A stretch of DNA of 64,000 nucleotides from a plasmid, in sequence record NZ_CP118109.1. One strand, written 5' to 3'. Position numbers and translations under genes: made by a program. Positions 63,001-64,000 of the stretch are shown piece after piece. The notes under the pieces are model-generated. The model saw only the letters and a list, made by a program, of their open reading frames with translations, was not told where the DNA came from and ran no database searches. How positions within the stretch are numbered: position 1 is the stretch's first letter; every line of letters begins with the position of its first letter.

Positions 63001-63456
63001 AAACGTTCGCTCAGAGTCATCCATAATATAGGCAAATGGATTGAAGGCATACATCGTAATTTGCGCTTCTAACGAGTGAGGAAAGCCCGACACGGATTGT
63101 ACATTGACACTTGCAATAGTAACAGCATCAATCTTGTACGTGTTATTTAGCAAGATATTTTCAATTGGAAGGAAGGGGCATTTTCGAACTTGTGCTAGTA
63201 GCGGTCGTAGTTCGTTATTAATACTTACGATATCCGGAAAGAACAAAGTCAGCGTAATGACTTGATCCGAATATCCACTTCCTTTTACAAAACTTCCTCT
63301 ACCGCGTAATACATTAATCTTTTCTTGTCTCATTCGCCGCTGAACATTAATAGCAGTCGGGGGAACATAGAACTGTGTATCCCCCAACCGCAAGAAATGG
63401 TCACGCAGGCTGCCATAGAGGGCGTCTCTATCGTCATAACCTAGCGTTGTTGCCAT
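57019..63456 (-). CDS. Giant 2145-aa virion-associated tail protein (tape-measure-like) with hydrophobic Gly-rich segments followed by two cell-wall hydrolase domains: a glucosaminidase-like domain (...IFRDKNNLFGYGAYDS...) and an M15-family (VanY / Hedgehog-type) zinc peptidase (WHGTGYGVDID ... HYNHLHLSY).
   Basis: ATG at 63456 with the SD AGGAGG 6 nt upstream. Hydrophobic stretches GILGIGAAALGPVGWIGFAVEFAI and SVLLGFLGADV precede the catalytic domains. Domain calls are motif-based. Confidence 0.6.
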   Translation of the reverse strand: MATTLGYDDRDALYGSLRDHFLRLGDTQFYVPPTAINVQRRMRQEKINVLRGRGSFVKGSGYSDQVITLTLFFPDIVSINNELRPLLAQVRKCPFLPIENILLNNTYKIDAVTIASVNVQSVSGFPHSLEAQITMYAFNPFAYIMDDSERTFDEMFNWPLFRWHYQRNLKPDPANLIIYYEPLQTDLNNEYIFKVASEEDLQFIRKWRKSRNKLIHAYQEDMDQSGFSEGDYEWIDGVPMPKRTSETVSYDEDGLPVWEGSFRDEKDEEIFRDIIGEMYRGDREKDKVISEMNIFMENWDIPGLTLEHVSVGYENVITPVQLQMHESPTHEYLGSQDTLFVLQFFAEDDEALGAMTSLVQRTNYLAREYHREVSNGFIQFDHQIARLFGARYMIIEDLQTTTVEGQPGAHRITLTMSSYNRAQRRIAETEWLSKGVDWQIGWADRAWWNLDDKAWLREDPFGGFMSLDVRKKAVYDQQVKEMMKGVEVYPDLELPTYAQVAAAGFEIRNLNDGIYVDPDFFLIYSDPIDFGEQVGKLFDEGEMTAEVRDYMGGKGEVKGSAIIPDDNTAAAIEREKLLIKNASAMTPAPDSTDTANMTAADVETIIRKKAKDQGLDQRLCVALAKSFDSKLRQFYSVGEGANKDLGGITVTAANTPIMMNQEMKYFKDTNYLRNAKYIGVMRVSPVMGEPNGLANNIEYNVEQGIASLKYYLERASVQAPNDNVAAAFGLTDKARTKWVNALCAYLGYAREYNLLASSNKKMPANVTTLIKKILKNIEALQVSSTIDADYSKLPVADYKSVSMNSAEPTFKEKILDESDFMDDQTTLKEMYHDTIKYDRRGRLIRAFPTFFLMFVDEGQFMGAVKMSDQFFGYRAVTDITYTNSRKLASSTLVMEMANVFGKLTDAIKSTDLTHTSTGDLMQALFIPGNAAREAESNRIGIGRTEDLMGNSRYSDTSWYKSMYLRTGARIHFRMGYGSNPMNMPTMMNGVVTQVQNNGDTVTIVAQDDGIELTNKLKAKPDEQTRGFIYSTQEPTEIIDSLLTDNQGALMNFYANRLSNAAYAQHSLGIMHFGMPGKPINYFWRWELANRPQNEITMNIYETTGQYKQEQNGFWSKLGDFFGIGDSDETGININLYDKTVWDVLNITASVGEDFIVAVHPFDFRNTIFHGKPYFPIGYEYLLVPSEEGINAAESDYGFNPFKFKLSDDESDFEGIQILRKPFRQVHIYDSWTSIIDNGITATDENMYTVAQGVYYDEGKMDTTDFIYVDTNIWPEKQRTAQIDTQLNLQGVRLIENIPLIGHFLNKPFKWYFDEYTAIRIAAAGLRDMVKEMYDGYLTVMGDPSVKPHDQIYLYDTYTDMSGPLEVREVTHIMNFDVGYITMIKPDACVVNSDTKMTRLWITAGSAALQAFTLILLRNMMRNRGYQGTMPIMNALWASTKRRYNAMMGKWDSSWMRSKASSLYKKATDAINSSNTTDYKGGSGPIYEVDPITGEVREYHPVSTQMKKRWEKSGLLKDLMSKIEGFTFKDGQNLFEKLDGALSNRRFLRYDRVDLNKIAKLKNIASEAVFSSAKFLGKGAKWGRRGVQGILGIGAAALGPVGWIGFAVEFAITEVITRGISEWVERFLFTRQAVIIATLRKEGVEFSAGINGHQGSVIGDSPDTWQRILTGPVGSVLLGFLGADVSRYGAVNAGSMDDMYNMALDSGTSNSQIDMNTFAKNFFEAHRKPVLFNQSVADQYEIDRKEASAAMQGQLAENDEENERGASYPEEDSDLLTMQDLQNAFGAASNADGTSFETLDLNKPSGISAEAIDRAFAGKGKLAGLGKIFVDLESRIPAAPSPLADVIESPNEGGRVINALYLAAHAAWETGWGTSRIFRDKNNLFGYGAYDSSPYESAYTFASPADCVNYAANKIKDNYLTPGGKYYNGPTLEGMNIKYATDKNWAKGIAGVMAKIASYDPSFQAPSVVNGAQTKGEKPVVYGNEGKAKYRLKSSSEAAAACINIKKQPLTNMRLTMVTSSPYIRQASYDLLEALGKAYKQKTGETICITSAFREGDKNWHGTGYGVDIDTPNAGYIGGKVRFAKGSKDKENLRVLCELAIQVGFGGVIHGDVDVIAEMKSKYPNVTIQQRNDHYNHLHLSYPRSN

Positions 63457-63466
63457 GCTTTGCCTC

Positions 63467-64000
63467 CTATGAATATTCCTCTACTTTGTCCCGATACCAG
63501 TTTCGGGTGAGCTTGCTCGTATTATCTGTATGGCTGATATTCATATTGACTTTACCGCCTTGATAATTTGATTGCTGCATCCCTTGATTGACCATGCGGG
63601 AGAAGTCTTGGGTATTCTGATTGTTGCCTTTTGCCGACACCTGAATATTCGCTCCTCCTGAAGGAAGTGTGGAGTAATCAAGTCCTGGCATAGCTGGCGC
63701 CGGAACGCCTCCACCATAGTTTGGAGCTTCATCTGCCGCACCCACTATTGGCGAATTGTAATGCGTTACAGGTTCGCTATCACTAAGTGTATTGTAACCT
63801 ATAAGACCTGTCAGCGCTAGGGCTGAGCCCCCTAGAATCATTTTATTTCTGCCGCCGTGAGGACCATTAAAAACGGATTCCATCGCATTCTTTACTGCCT
63901 CGTTTGCACGCATGCCGAGCATGCCACCGGTCATATCTTCGAATGCTTCTGAGAATACGCCAGCCAGTCCGCCCGGACGTCTTATGGCTTTCTCAAATAT
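63467..64000 (-). CDS. Partial CDS (3' end only; the frame stays open to the window edge). Gly/Asn-rich hypothetical protein directly upstream of the giant tail gene (a possible chaperone for it, by position only).
   Basis: The frame upstream of the annotated Met at 63934 has no stop up to position 64000. It ends 10 nt before the SD of the 2145-aa gene. Confidence 0.45.
   Translation of the reverse strand: MFEKAIRRPGGLAGVFSEAFEDMTGGMLGMRANEAVKNAMESVFNGPHGGRNKMILGGSALALTGLIGYNTLSDSEPVTHYNSPIVGAADEAPNYGGGVPAPAMPGLDYSTLPSGGANIQVSAKGNNQNTQDFSRMVNQGMQQSNYQGGKVNMNISHTDNTSKLTRNWYRDKVEEYS

Noticed and set aside
63467-63934. Complete 155-aa gene starting at the Met at 63934.
   Set aside because: The reading frame is open upstream to the window edge with protein-like sequence, so the gene is probably longer and only partially present.
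1-64000. CRISPR array, tRNA/tmRNA, integrase/recombinase and transposase search.
   Set aside because: No direct-repeat/spacer arrays were found. No non-coding gap is long enough for a tRNA (the largest gaps are 174 nt and 108 nt, both otherwise explained). No protein with recombinase or transposase signature motifs was seen.

Overview
The window is an almost entirely minus-strand, tightly packed block (about 97% coding) that looks like the late structural and lysis region plus a replication/recombination operon of a large tailed phage or prophage of a low-GC Gram-positive host. This is inferred from roughly 43-45% GC, AGGAGG-type ribosome-binding sites (RBS; SD = Shine-Dalgarno), frequent GTG/TTG starts and translationally coupled overlaps (ATGA / TAATG). 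Reading in the direction of transcription (high to low coordinates), the genes are as follows.

- 57019-63456: a 2145-aa virion-associated, tape-measure-like protein whose C-terminus carries a glucosaminidase-like and an M15-like zinc peptidase domain.
- 53810-57005: a baseplate-like set of small genes, including a spike/gpV-like OB-fold protein and a baseplate-J-like protein.
- 39414-53794: about 14 kb of interleaved paralogous receptor-binding/fibre-like genes. These include three RCC1-type beta-propeller proteins that share a conserved C-terminal module ending GLSYSW, three 'MDIIS' N-terminus proteins, two small 'SGxWxSEVIDLGDN' proteins, and two proteins sharing a C-terminal 'GFRPVLE' domain.
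- 39321-39403: an internal hairpin terminator followed by a promoter.
- 13110-37863: three giant genes. One is 2787 aa with a PA14 domain and Big_2 domains. One is 1723 aa. One is 1660 aa with an HEIGH zinc-metalloprotease motif, a vWA MIDAS domain, TSP3-like calcium-binding motifs and a Gly-rich low-complexity region.
- 7852-22388: four paralogs with a helical N-terminus followed by a discoidin-like domain.
- 7057-7844: two holin-family genes (Phage_holin_4_1-like and Holin_LLH-like) with no adjacent endolysin.
- 6990-7039: a strong intrinsic terminator.
- 336-6879: a sigma-A-type promoter followed by a coupled operon encoding a Rad52-like single-strand annealing protein with a Gln-rich linker, a hypothetical protein, an AEP primase-polymerase, a structured 174-nt spacer, a DnaB-family helicase, a coiled-coil protein, and a discoidin+FN3 protein.
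- 1-324: the partial start of a further coiled-coil gene.

No tRNA, CRISPR array, integrase or transposase was found. A near-palindromic 18-bp motif (AATGTAATGCGTTACATT) recurs right next to -10 promoter elements and at two stop codons. Domain calls rest on recognisable sequence motifs only; no database search was possible. Coordinates of small non-coding elements may be off by a few nucleotides.
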